Of a stretch of DNA of 64,000 nucleotides, positions 48,141 through 57,890 are shown piece after piece. The translations under genes and the position numbers were made by a program. Under the pieces are notes generated by a model that worked only from the letters and a program-made list of their open reading frames with translations, ran no database searches and was not told the origin of the DNA. This DNA comes from Candidatus Thorarchaeota archaeon (GTDB taxonomy: Archaea > Asgardarchaeota > Thorarchaeia > Thorarchaeales > Thorarchaeaceae), in NCBI GenBank assembly GCA_016933575.1, contig JAFGAR010000028.1, positions 128,001 through 192,000 of the forward strand. Reading direction: 5' to 3'. Within the stretch, counting starts at the first letter, position 1, and every line of letters begins with the position of its first letter.

Positions 48141-49694
48141 ATGGAAAAATTGCTAGTTGTTGATTATGGGGGGCAATATACTCATCTAATAGCTAGAAGA
48201 TGCAGAGAACTTGGCGTCTACGCTGAAATCATATCTCAAGATCTTGAGTTAGTAGGTGCAAATTTAGAAGGTGTGAAAGGGATCATCTTATCCGGGGGAC
48301 CAAGAACTGTCACTACGGATGACATGAATTATACATTCCAAAACAATCTCAGACTGATGTTTGATAATAATGTGAAAGCTCTGGGTATTTGTTTTGGACA
48401 TCAGTTATTGGCACTATATCATGGCGCAAAACTGGAACCTGGAGGTAATCCAGAATATGGCCAGACAGTAATTAACGTGATAGACAATCATGCACTGCTT
48501 TCAGGACTTGATAGAACTCAGTCTGTATGGATGAGTCATAGTGATGAAGTACGAGAATTGACTTCTGATATGATAGGGCTTGCGGCTAGTAACTCCAATC
48601 GGATTGCTTCGTTTGCTGATAAGAATGGAAAGTATTTTGGTCTTCAGTTCCATCCTGAAGTGACACACACTGATAATGGATTATCCGTTTTGAGAGCATT
48701 TCTCAGGAATATCTGCTGCTACGAAGAAGAGTGGAAACCAGAAGACCAAGTTGGCGATATTCTGCAATATATCAATGAGACAGTGGGAGATTCGAAGGTT
48801 CTCATGGCTACTAGCGGAGGCGTTGACTCTACTGTAGCAACCGTTCTTTTAAGAAAGGGAATCGGAGAACGACTGTTTTGTGTCTTCGTTGACAATGGAC
48901 TGCTAAGAGAAGGAGAGAGTGAAGAAGTATCAAAGTCTTTCCAAAACATGGGCTTTGAGAATTTTGTTGTTGTCGACGCAAGTGATGAATTTCTTATGAA
49001 GCTCGAAGGTGTTGAGGATCCGGAAGAGAAACGTCGTGTTATTGCAGAGACCTTCATTGAAGTCTTCGAAAGAAAAGCAAAGGAATTGCAGCAAGAATAT
49101 GGACAATTCGAGTTTCTAGGACAAGGAACCATCTATCCCGACCGTGTTGAGAGTGCGGCTACTGGAAAGGACACAGCTGTCATTAAGAGTCATCATAATG
49201 TTAGACTTCCCGATTGGATGAAATTGAAACTCATAGAACCACTAAAAGACCTCTACAAAGATGAAGTCAGACTCGTTGGTTTGAAACTGGGAATCCCAGA
49301 GAAGTTGATACATAGACAACCGTTCCCAGGACCTTCTCTAGCAATTCGAATAAGTGGACCAGTCTCAAGAGAACAACTTAAAATTCTCAGACATGCTGAT
49401 TCGATTCTTCAAGAAGTATTCGAGTCTCAGACATTCTATCCAAGTATATGGCAATCTTTCTGTGTGCTACTTCCGGTAAGAACTGTAGGAGTAATGGGTG
49501 ACGAGAGGACATTTGATCAAGCAATCGTAATCAGATCCGTTGAGAGCAAGGATGCTATGACAGCATCAGTCAGCAAATTGCCTTGGGAAACACTCTTACT
49601 TGTTGCCTCACGTATTGCCAATGAGGTAAAGGGTGTTAATCGAGTGGTCTATGATCTCACATCAAAACCACCCGGAACAATAGAATGGTATTGA
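48141..49694 (+). CDS. guaA: GMP synthase (glutamine-hydrolysing), single-chain
   Basis: GATase 'SGGP, GICFGHQ, FHPEV' plus ATP-PPase 'SGGVDS', 'IKSHHN', 'PFPGP', 'KPPGTIEW'. Confidence 0.96.
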   Translation: MEKLLVVDYGGQYTHLIARRCRELGVYAEIISQDLELVGANLEGVKGIILSGGPRTVTTDDMNYTFQNNLRLMFDNNVKALGICFGHQLLALYHGAKLEPGGNPEYGQTVINVIDNHALLSGLDRTQSVWMSHSDEVRELTSDMIGLAASNSNRIASFADKNGKYFGLQFHPEVTHTDNGLSVLRAFLRNICCYEEEWKPEDQVGDILQYINETVGDSKVLMATSGGVDSTVATVLLRKGIGERLFCVFVDNGLLREGESEEVSKSFQNMGFENFVVVDASDEFLMKLEGVEDPEEKRRVIAETFIEVFERKAKELQQEYGQFEFLGQGTIYPDRVESAATGKDTAVIKSHHNVRLPDWMKLKLIEPLKDLYKDEVRLVGLKLGIPEKLIHRQPFPGPSLAIRISGPVSREQLKILRHADSILQEVFESQTFYPSIWQSFCVLLPVRTVGVMGDERTFDQAIVIRSVESKDAMTASVSKLPWETLLLVASRIANEVKGVNRVVYDLTSKPPGTIEWY

Positions 49695-49838
49695 TGAGGT
49701 AGTTACAAAGGAATCAAGACCTTTTTGTAGGCAACAAGATACTTGATATGATAATATCAAATCGATTATTCTCTATCAATTTGTTAGAAACCACATACTT
49801 TGAAAGGAACATGCAGCTCCTACGGATGGCGTGATACA

Positions 49839-50990
49839 ATGCGAAGAAAGCTTGTCTACCCATATTCAGAATCACTCCTTGACTATGAATTCAATAAGGA
49901 CCACCCTCTAAAGCCCGAGAGATTGAAACTCACCTATTCACTTTCCAAACAACTGGGACTCATTGATAAAGTAGAACTGCTTGAACCTAAAATCGCCACA
50001 AGAGAAGACCTTGAACTATTTCACTCGCCCGATTTCGTTGATGCGGTAGAAAGAGCTGGAACGACTCTGAATCCTGAGTACAAATATGGTCTAGGGACTC
50101 CAGATAATCCAGTATTCCCGATGATATATGAAACTGGAGAGAGATACGTGGGAGCGACATTGGACGCAATGAAGAGAATAATCGAGGGCGCTTCAAATGC
50201 ATTCTGTATTTCAGGAGGGCTTCATCACGCACATAGAAATGCAGCCTCAGGTTTTTGCATCTTTAACGATATTGCCATTGCGATAAACTATCTAAAGAAG
50301 AAGAAGGGAGATAATGTACGTTGCCTCTATTTTGATTTCGATGCACACCATGGTGATGGTGTCCAGAATGCGTTTTATCGTGATAAAAACGTCTTAACAA
50401 TCTCAATACACCAAACAGGAAAAACTCTATTTCCAGGTACTGGATTTGTCTATGAAACTGGCGGTGCAGAGGGAACTGGGTATGCTGTCAATATACCAGT
50501 AATTCCTGGTGCTGGCACACCAGAACTAATCAAGACTTTTGATGAAATTGTAGTCCCACTCTTTAATGCCTATAGACCAGATTTACTTGTCACGCAGCTT
50601 GGAGTAGATGGACACTTTATGGACCCCTTGGCGCACCTTGCTTACACTTCCCATGGGTATGAATATGTTGTAAGAGGACTAAGAAAACTGGCTGCTGATA
50701 ACTGCAAATTAGGATGGCTTGCTGTTGGCGGAGGAGGATATCATCCAGTTAATGTTGCAAGACTTTGGACACTCTTTCTGGCTGTAATGCTTGATGAAAA
50801 AATACCCATGAATATTCCTGATGAGTTCAAAGAGATGTGCGCCACGATGAGTTTTGAAAGATGCCCAGGAACAATGAGAGATGAAGACGAGATTGTCCAA
50901 ATGTATTTCTCAAGGGAAGAAGTTGAACTGGACCTTGAAAGAACTCTTCGTCGATTGAAGGAACTTGTATTTCCGTATCATGGTTTGTGA
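49839..50990 (+). CDS. Histone-deacetylase family / acetoin utilization protein AcuC-like
   Basis: 'HPLKPER', 'GGLHHA', 'GFCIFND', 'DFDAHHGDG', 'DPLAHL', 'GGGGY'. Confidence 0.92.
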   Translation: MRRKLVYPYSESLLDYEFNKDHPLKPERLKLTYSLSKQLGLIDKVELLEPKIATREDLELFHSPDFVDAVERAGTTLNPEYKYGLGTPDNPVFPMIYETGERYVGATLDAMKRIIEGASNAFCISGGLHHAHRNAASGFCIFNDIAIAINYLKKKKGDNVRCLYFDFDAHHGDGVQNAFYRDKNVLTISIHQTGKTLFPGTGFVYETGGAEGTGYAVNIPVIPGAGTPELIKTFDEIVVPLFNAYRPDLLVTQLGVDGHFMDPLAHLAYTSHGYEYVVRGLRKLAADNCKLGWLAVGGGGYHPVNVARLWTLFLAVMLDEKIPMNIPDEFKEMCATMSFERCPGTMRDEDEIVQMYFSREEVELDLERTLRRLKELVFPYHGL

Positions 50991-51000
50991 ATCCGTCTGT

Positions 51001-51627
51001 CTAATCAGGGATTATGTTCATCTGTAGATCAATCCATTTTCGGACCATCTTGATAACAAGATCTGAGGTTGTCGCCATAATGATTGCATCGGCATCTTCA
51101 GAAAGTAGTGAGGAGGGATCAATACCAGAGCGTGCTACACGAAGCAAAGCAGGATAGCATAACAGACCGAGACCTTGGACTACATCAAGAGAATCATCCC
51201 CAGTAATCTGCATATCTTCGCCTATCAAATCAGTTGGTAAAGTCTTGGAATCACTATCCAATAAATCAATGAAAACTGCTTCAGATGCAACAATCGTTAC
51301 ATCGGGCTCTATGCATTCATCAAATACTTCCGGTTTCCCTTTGTCAAATACTAGAGTGACTTCTTCATTGGTGTCAGAGACTTTGAAACAAATACTGATG
51401 TCTCTGTACGAGTTCATCGTTGACTGCATGTATTCTTCAAACTGCTCATCAGTAATCTGATGGAGATTTCGAGCGTCTTCCAAATTGACGTTGAGGGCTG
51501 CTCGACACCCATCTACAACAGGCCCTAAGTACTCCATGAGCATGAATTTATCATGATAGATTGTGTGCGCAATTTCAAGCAACCGTTTTTCTAAGCTAAT
51601 GTGTTTATCATCATTCTTTTCTGTCAA
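51001..51627 (-). CDS. Hypothetical protein, central region SCP2-like
   Basis: 'I.FKVSD..E.VTLVFDKGK.......PDVTIVAS...F..LL' resembles SCP2 strands; acidic protein. Confidence 0.45.
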   Translation of the reverse strand: MTEKNDDKHISLEKRLLEIAHTIYHDKFMLMEYLGPVVDGCRAALNVNLEDARNLHQITDEQFEEYMQSTMNSYRDISICFKVSDTNEEVTLVFDKGKPEVFDECIEPDVTIVASEAVFIDLLDSDSKTLPTDLIGEDMQITGDDSLDVVQGLGLLCYPALLRVARSGIDPSSLLSEDADAIIMATTSDLVIKMVRKWIDLQMNIIPD

Positions 51628-51739
51628 GATGGTTCAAAGGTATTCGCTGTATTTTGTATATAGAGATGATGATGTGTCATTTAGCTCGTCATACATTAAC
51701 TGAAAAGGAACATACGCATCAATAATCTGAGGGTCTCTG

Positions 51740-52495
51740 ATGACAACGGACATTCATACACATCTGGGAACAAGTCCCAATGAAGTATATGATGTAGATG
51801 CCGATAATATGGAAGAGCAAGTAGACATGCTAATTTCAAGAATGGATACTTTTGGAATCGACAAAGCTGTATTAGTACCAGATGAACCACGAATCAAGAC
51901 AACTCTGTATGTAAAAGCTGCTGAAATATATCCAGACCGATTATTCTCTGCTTGTTCAATCATACCTAGACCGATAGATACAGCCAACAAGAAACTGTTG
52001 GAATACATCGATTTAGGTTGTAAAGCTGTTGAACTTTCTGATGAAACATTTCATCCAAGAGACCCAGCTGCCCAAGCACTGATTAAAGCAGCAGTGAATA
52101 AGAATATGCCCATCTATTTGAAAATAGACAATCTAACAAGCGACTATATTATGTTTCTTGACACAATTACAACTGTGTATCCAGAGGGCAAGTTTGTAAT
52201 ATTGAACATGGGAGGATTGTTTGGTTTTCCACAATTGATCACATTGACAGCTCGTCCAAATCTCTGGCTTGAACTTTCAACAACCTTTATCAAATTGGTT
52301 GAATCACCACTAAGAGTCTTTTTGGATTCAATTGTACAGGACATCGGAGTGAGAAAGTTAGTATTCGGTTCAGGTTATCATAGTCAATATGTCGATATGA
52401 TGGCAGCTCTAAATCTAATAGATCTAAATATTGAAACAAGCAGATTAGTCTTGAAAGAAAATGCATGGCTAATACTTGGAGTGGATTTTTCATAG
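51740..52495 (+). CDS. Amidohydrolase_2-family TIM-barrel protein, degenerate active site
   Basis: 'DIHTH', 'MDTFGIDKAVL', 'YPDRL', 'PNLWLELS', 'KLVFGS'. Confidence 0.75.
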   Translation: MTTDIHTHLGTSPNEVYDVDADNMEEQVDMLISRMDTFGIDKAVLVPDEPRIKTTLYVKAAEIYPDRLFSACSIIPRPIDTANKKLLEYIDLGCKAVELSDETFHPRDPAAQALIKAAVNKNMPIYLKIDNLTSDYIMFLDTITTVYPEGKFVILNMGGLFGFPQLITLTARPNLWLELSTTFIKLVESPLRVFLDSIVQDIGVRKLVFGSGYHSQYVDMMAALNLIDLNIETSRLVLKENAWLILGVDFS

Positions 52496-52514
52496 GTATA
52501 GGAATGTCGAATAA

Positions 52515-52853
52515 CTAATCCAGATTGAACATTCTCTTTTGAACCAGTTTCTCGATATCTTCTTGGTCAGGAAGACCAACCACCCTTGTACTGCCGACCT
52601 GAATTATTGGAAGAGCAATTATGTTGAGGGACTCAACAAGCCCAGGCTTGTCGTCAATCATAGTCTCAACCACTTCGATTTTTTGATTCAAAAATGAAAG
52701 TCTATCAACAGCTAACCTTGCTAAATCCAGTGCTTCTTGGCAAAATGCACAGTATTTACTTGTAAAGACATTGACCTTCAAAGGCTCCTCTTCAGTCAAT
52801 CCATGTGACGGTTCCGCACTTGTTTCATAGGGGATTGATATCCTCTTTTGCAT
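52515..52853 (-). CDS. Thioredoxin/glutaredoxin-like protein
   Basis: 'FTSKYCAFC', cis-Pro 'IALP', 'VGLP'; ATG 52853 after GGAGGT. Confidence 0.75.
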   Translation of the reverse strand: MQKRISIPYETSAEPSHGLTEEEPLKVNVFTSKYCAFCQEALDLARLAVDRLSFLNQKIEVVETMIDDKPGLVESLNIIALPIIQVGSTRVVGLPDQEDIEKLVQKRMFNLD

Positions 52854-52885
52854 TCCAATACCTCCAATGGAAGAGAGGTGAAATA

Positions 52886-53122
52886 TCACTCTGCAAAGAC
52901 AGGAGGTTTCAAACGAATATGCTCCGAAACTGAATCAACAGCTCGCAGGGGGATCGCCTCCCACGAGTTTACCTTTTCCTCTAGGGAGCTATTCCGCTCG
53001 ACGATCACTAAGGGACCATCACTGTCGTCAAACCAGACCTTCTTAACACGTCCCAGAGGAAAGCCTCTGAAATCACAGACCAACTTGCCTTTCAGCAACC
53101 ATTTCATCTCGTCGTTTTCCAT
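52886..53122 (-). CDS. PRC-barrel domain protein
   Basis: 'LKGKLVCDFRGFPLGRVKKVWFD...IPLRAVDSVSEHIRLK' matches the PRC-barrel pattern. Confidence 0.75.
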   Translation of the reverse strand: MENDEMKWLLKGKLVCDFRGFPLGRVKKVWFDDSDGPLVIVERNSSLEEKVNSWEAIPLRAVDSVSEHIRLKPPVFAE

Positions 53123-53272
53123 GGTCCTCAACAAGTGCTCTTCGTACAACATGCACAAGAGCCTGTGTACAACCGTAGTCATTCCAGCGTAACACTAAGT
53201 CTGGGTTCAAATCGTTTTTCCTTTATCAGACTGCTTGGACAATCAGTTTTCCAAAGAAGCCACATTCCAGTT

Positions 53273-53863
53273 CTAATTCCCTTGTTCTTCCTTTTCTTCT
53301 TCATAGCCCCAGTCAATTATTGTATCACTATCAGAGGGAAGAAAAGTACCAGGTACGAAATACCCGCCAATGCCCATCAAGATACCTCCGATGTTCATCA
53401 ATCCCCCTGAAACTATATAGAGGCGAGAGTCACTAACTTGATTCAATCCAAGGTCGATTATAGTAGAACCTTCCACACTATCTATGTGGATTGTATAATT
53501 GCCTACTGCTAAGTCAATCAATTCAGTATACTCATAGATTACGTTCTCAGTGCTTTGTAACTGATTAACTTCTGTTAACGTAAGATTTACTGGAGTAGTT
53601 GACATAGTAACGTTATTGAAAATTGATAGATCGATATACACTGTTGTCTGGTTAAGGGGACGAAGAGACACGGACACCTCTAATTGAGGATAATAACCGG
53701 ATTCATCAAAGATCTCGAATGTTCTCTGGTCACTTTCGATTACAGAGAAATTGATGTAGTGATATGGAGCTAATACTACAATGAGACCTCCAAGGAGGAT
53801 TACTGCTGCACCGCCAAAATACAGGAATGCCTTTTTACTGAACCATATGCTACCCATCAACAT
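53273..53863 (-). CDS. Membrane protein with two TM helices flanking an extracellular beta domain
   Basis: N- and C-terminal hydrophobic helices, N-glycosylation sequons in between. Confidence 0.65.
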   Translation of the reverse strand: MLMGSIWFSKKAFLYFGGAAVILLGGLIVVLAPYHYINFSVIESDQRTFEIFDESGYYPQLEVSVSLRPLNQTTVYIDLSIFNNVTMSTTPVNLTLTEVNQLQSTENVIYEYTELIDLAVGNYTIHIDSVEGSTIIDLGLNQVSDSRLYIVSGGLMNIGGILMGIGGYFVPGTFLPSDSDTIIDWGYEEEKEEQGN

Positions 53864-53984
53864 TCAACCGTTATATGCAGCATAATTAGGAGTTATAGAT
53901 GTAACGAACGGTGTAATCATATCTTCGTTTTCTTTTTTAATGCAAAACAATCAAGTTATACGATATAATAGGAATTTGTGGTTC

Positions 53985-55655
53985 ATGGAATTCTTGAAAC
54001 TTGCTGAAACATTGGATACGGTGAGTAAGACAAGAAAGAGGAGAGAAAAGATATCAATAGTTTCAGAAGTCCTAAGAGAATTGAAAGGGGATGAGTTGAA
54101 ACTTGCAGCCATATATCTTGCTGGGAAAATATTTCCACAAAACGAGGAAAGAACTCTCAATATTTCATGGAAAGGCTTACTTGGTTCACTTCATAGAGTA
54201 ATCGATTTTAGCGATGAGGACTTTGGTAAATTCTATAACGGAGATGTAGGAGAGGCAGTAGCCTTGTTGTTTTCAGAAAAGCAAGTAACACAATCTCTAC
54301 TTTTCCAAGATCCTTTGACTATCACACATGTTGGAGAGAGTTTTGAAACAATAGCTAAACTAGAAGGAAAAGGATCTCAAAGAGAGAAGCAGTCCATTGT
54401 ATCGGGTCTACTTTCTCAAGCTTCTCCAAGAGAAATAAGATATCTGGTCGCGCTAATCTTGAATGATATGAGAACAGGACTCTCAGAGGGGCTTTTAGTC
54501 GATTGTATTGCTGAAGCATTCTCCGTTAATATTGAAGATGTGAGAAGAGCATGGAGTTTCTCTGGAGACTTGGGAGAGGTTGCAAGGGTCTCCGCAAGTA
54601 AGGAATCAAGTGGATTATCAAAAATAGAACTGAAACCAATGGTGGCAGTAAGACCAATGCTTGCAAGTCCTGTTGATGATATTAACGATGTATTTGATGA
54701 AAAGAAGAATTCTGAGATTTCCTTTGAGTTGAAGATGGATGGCGCTAGGGTCCAGATTCACAAGTTTGGTAGAGAGATCCGTGTTTTCTCACGGAATCTG
54801 AATGATGTGACGGAGAGTCTTCCAGATATTGTTGACAATCTCAAAAAACAAGTAAAAGCAGAAACGATTGTTCTTGATGGAGAAGTAATTGCTGTTGATT
54901 CGAAAGGAATACCATATCCATTTCAAATTGTTATGAGAAGATTTGGTCGAACCAAGGATATAGAAGAAGTGCACAAAAAAATACATCTACAACTTCATAA
55001 TTTCGATATTCTATTTCTGAATGGTAAAATGCTTGTGGATGAACCCTATTCCGGTAGAAGAAAGCAATTGGAAGGTGTAGTACCTAAGGAAATGGTAATG
55101 GAGAGAGTTGTCACTAATGATGTCCAAGTGGCAAATGGTTTCTTCGAGCACAGCAAGAAGATGGGTCATGAAGGACTAGTAGCTAAGATGCTTGATTCTC
55201 CATATGTTCCCGGAGTACGTGGAAAATATTGGTTAAAGATTAAACATACGTTGAACACACTTGATCTTGTCATCATCGCTGCAGAATGGGGTCATGGTCG
55301 AAGAGCTAAATGGCTATCAGACTATCATCTTGCAGTCTTTGATGAAGATACTGGAGAATATGTAATGATTGGAAAGACCTTCAAAGGTCTTACTGACCAA
55401 GAATTTCAGTTAATGACGGACCGACTCCAAGAACTTAGTATTGGAGAGAAACGCAATCTTGTTAGAGTGAAACCAGAGATAGTTGTTGAGGTGCTCGCTT
55501 CTGAACTGCAGGAAAGTCCGAAGTATGCTTCGGGGATTGCGCTAAGGTTTGCACGAATCACTCGGATAAGAGATGATAAGAAACCAGATAACTGTACGAC
55601 GCTTACAGAACTACAGGCAATCTATGAAAAACAATTTCACTTCAAGGCACGTTAA
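53985..55655 (+). CDS. lig: ATP-dependent DNA ligase
   Basis: Motif I 'ELKMDGAR', 'LDGE', 'FDIL', 'EGLVAK', 'WLKIK', 'LRFAR..RIRDDK'. Confidence 0.95.
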   Translation: MEFLKLAETLDTVSKTRKRREKISIVSEVLRELKGDELKLAAIYLAGKIFPQNEERTLNISWKGLLGSLHRVIDFSDEDFGKFYNGDVGEAVALLFSEKQVTQSLLFQDPLTITHVGESFETIAKLEGKGSQREKQSIVSGLLSQASPREIRYLVALILNDMRTGLSEGLLVDCIAEAFSVNIEDVRRAWSFSGDLGEVARVSASKESSGLSKIELKPMVAVRPMLASPVDDINDVFDEKKNSEISFELKMDGARVQIHKFGREIRVFSRNLNDVTESLPDIVDNLKKQVKAETIVLDGEVIAVDSKGIPYPFQIVMRRFGRTKDIEEVHKKIHLQLHNFDILFLNGKMLVDEPYSGRRKQLEGVVPKEMVMERVVTNDVQVANGFFEHSKKMGHEGLVAKMLDSPYVPGVRGKYWLKIKHTLNTLDLVIIAAEWGHGRRAKWLSDYHLAVFDEDTGEYVMIGKTFKGLTDQEFQLMTDRLQELSIGEKRNLVRVKPEIVVEVLASELQESPKYASGIALRFARITRIRDDKKPDNCTTLTELQAIYEKQFHFKAR

Positions 55656-55728
55656 TTTGTTTGGTTTAAATATGTCGAGCGAAACTTGATTGTGTTTGTT
55701 TCAGGTATGTTGACAGACACATGGTGGA

Positions 55729-56865
55729 GTGCCAATGGGGGTTATTAGAGAGAGGTATAAACTATCACGTCTTATTCCAAAGAATCACTTTTGCTCTATG
55801 CCAATATTTCGAGAAGAGCCTCTTATCAGTTGGCCATTTACTGATACAGTTCTCTTCACTGCTTATGATGTATATAGATCAAATGACTTCTGGCTTGATA
55901 ATGTGATTAAATCAGGTCAGACATTAAAAGAGGGTCTTGTGGAATTGGGATTTCCAAAGGAAAAGACCCTAGTCGCAGATACAGGTGTGTTTGAACTCGA
56001 AGCGAAGAAAGCAGGCTTGGCACGGGATTTGGGAATCGATGTGGATTTTGAAATGTCAAATGAACAGATTTTCGAAGTGTACGAGTTATCAGGTGCAGAT
56101 TATTATGTAGCTCCAGACCTCATAGTTTTGGCTACAGATAGTACAGAAGTAGTATCAAAAAAAGTCGATACGATAAAACAGAATCTTGTTGACCTCCTCA
56201 ACTACATCCCAGCTTCGAAGATAATCGCAGTAATTCAAGGTCATACGAAGGTTGTGATTGATGACCTATATGATTTCTACATGCAACAGGGAATATCATG
56301 CTTCGCTATTGGCGGTGTCATTCCTCTGTATCATCATAGTAAGGATCTACTAGAAAAAGTTCTCAAATATGTAAGAGAGCTTGCAAAGAGTCAATGGCTT
56401 CATGTCTTTGGACTTCCTATTATAGCCCTCTTGAACTATTATTTGCATGATATCAATATCGATAGTGTCGATACATCAGCACTTCTTTATCTAAGCGCAC
56501 GAAGACAGTATCTTGTTAGTTCTAGGACACAACCTGTTCGAGAGGCAATTTTTAAGAGATGCGAGTGTCTTGGATGTAGAAATCTAAGTCCTGAGATGGC
56601 ATCCTATAGTCAGGAGTTTTTTATCAATCTGTATATCCATAATCTATCAGAAGCTGCGAAACTTGCAATTAGACCAAATCCAAATGTGGGTACTATTATT
56701 GATTCAAGAATGAAGGTGGATAAAATCAAACAACACTCAAAGAAAGAGAAGACACCCAGACAGGAATATGAACCAATTGAAAAGACTACTTGGCTGACTG
56801 CTGAGGAAGTCATAAAGATGCAAAGAAAGGAAGGGGTTGGGAAGACAACCCCAGAAAATGAATAA
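55729..56865 (+). CDS. tRNA-guanine transglycosylase-like protein (catalytic barrel only, no PUA domain)
   Basis: 'ADTGVF' (cf. DSG.F), 'VIQG', 'IGGVIP', 'HVFG', 'DSVDT', Zn site C-x-C-x2-C...H. Confidence 0.75.
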   Translation: MPMGVIRERYKLSRLIPKNHFCSMPIFREEPLISWPFTDTVLFTAYDVYRSNDFWLDNVIKSGQTLKEGLVELGFPKEKTLVADTGVFELEAKKAGLARDLGIDVDFEMSNEQIFEVYELSGADYYVAPDLIVLATDSTEVVSKKVDTIKQNLVDLLNYIPASKIIAVIQGHTKVVIDDLYDFYMQQGISCFAIGGVIPLYHHSKDLLEKVLKYVRELAKSQWLHVFGLPIIALLNYYLHDINIDSVDTSALLYLSARRQYLVSSRTQPVREAIFKRCECLGCRNLSPEMASYSQEFFINLYIHNLSEAAKLAIRPNPNVGTIIDSRMKVDKIKQHSKKEKTPRQEYEPIEKTTWLTAEEVIKMQRKEGVGKTTPENE

Positions 56866-57312
56866 TCATTTCATCCAAGCGTAGATACCGAGTAAGTGGA
56901 AAAAGAATGCCACAGCAACAAGACTACCACCAATTGCACCATATCCCAGTAATTCCCCACCATTGATCGATAGATAAAACTCCGCAAGAGGACCTACTGA
57001 ACCAATAATGATAAGCACCTCACCAAGGAGAATGACTTCTCTTTTGATAATTGCTAGACCTATGATGAGAATTATTGGGAATGCTGCAATCTGGACAAGG
57101 AAAATTGTTGCATTTGCCACCTCAAGACTGATAATCAAACCACCAAGATAGAATAACAGAATACCAAAAATCGGAAAGACTCTTCGATACTTGTTGAATG
57201 ATGATGTTGAAGTCATTTTTGGATCGCTTATTTCCATGTCAGTAACCATCCCTAATTTTGTCAGTAACGAATCATTCACACTTAAATCTACTACGGAAAT
57301 ATAATCACTCAA
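56866..57312 (-). CDS. Small four-TM membrane protein (start uncertain)
   Basis: Four hydrophobic segments after 'KYRR'. Confidence 0.6.
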   Translation of the reverse strand: MSDYISVVDLSVNDSLLTKLGMVTDMEISDPKMTSTSSFNKYRRVFPIFGILLFYLGGLIISLEVANATIFLVQIAAFPIILIIGLAIIKREVILLGEVLIIIGSVGPLAEFYLSINGGELLGYGAIGGSLVAVAFFFHLLGIYAWMK

Positions 57313-57391
57313 AATACTTTAGTACTAAGTCGCAGACCACAGCCTTTATAGGCAACACTGGTCGGCAATTTGAATAAGGAGCCATTCAGCT

Positions 57392-57781
57392 ATGTGGCTA
57401 GAGATATTCCTAATTCCATTCGTCCTCGCATTAGTGCTATTCATCATCTTTTGGATAGTCCACGAGGGTTCTCGTTGGCAAAAACATCCGCAACTTGGGA
57501 TTTTTGCTAGGATTATACAGGCTTCACCAGGTAGGGCCTTTCTCATATTTCTGGTGCTTACAATTGCATTCATTCCACTGGGTCTTCTTTTAATGACTGG
57601 TATGTGGATTGACAAGATTGCAATCGGGATTACACCAGAAAAGTCCGATGTTGTGAACGTCATGTTGCTTACGTTCCTAGTACTTGCAGGAGCATTTGCA
57701 GTGATGTATGGAGCATACGGAACTTGGAGACAGGCTTCAAGGGCAGAAGCTGAGTTGAAGGTACGTCCGTCTTCAGCATAA
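57392..57781 (+). CDS. Three-TM membrane protein of unknown function
   Basis: AAGGAG RBS; three hydrophobic helices. Confidence 0.7.
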   Translation: MWLEIFLIPFVLALVLFIIFWIVHEGSRWQKHPQLGIFARIIQASPGRAFLIFLVLTIAFIPLGLLLMTGMWIDKIAIGITPEKSDVVNVMLLTFLVLAGAFAVMYGAYGTWRQASRAEAELKVRPSSA

Positions 57782-57792
57782 TCAGAAAACAA

Positions 57793-57831
57793 AATGGCTG
57801 ATAGACCAAGTAGTTTGGCATTTCAGCCATT
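57793..57831. terminator. Stem-loop between convergent genes
   Basis: AATGGCTGA (57793-57801)/TCAGCCATT (57823-57831) with inner CCAA/TTGG. Confidence 0.5.
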
Positions 57832-57890
57832 GTTCAAGTTTTTAGAAGAGTTAAGTAGGATGATTACTCTCGTTAGGTCGAAGTAAGACA

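Noticed and set aside
53195-53225. GGTTCAAATC resembling a tRNA T-loop
   Set aside because: No flanking T-stem, acceptor stem or cloverleaf.
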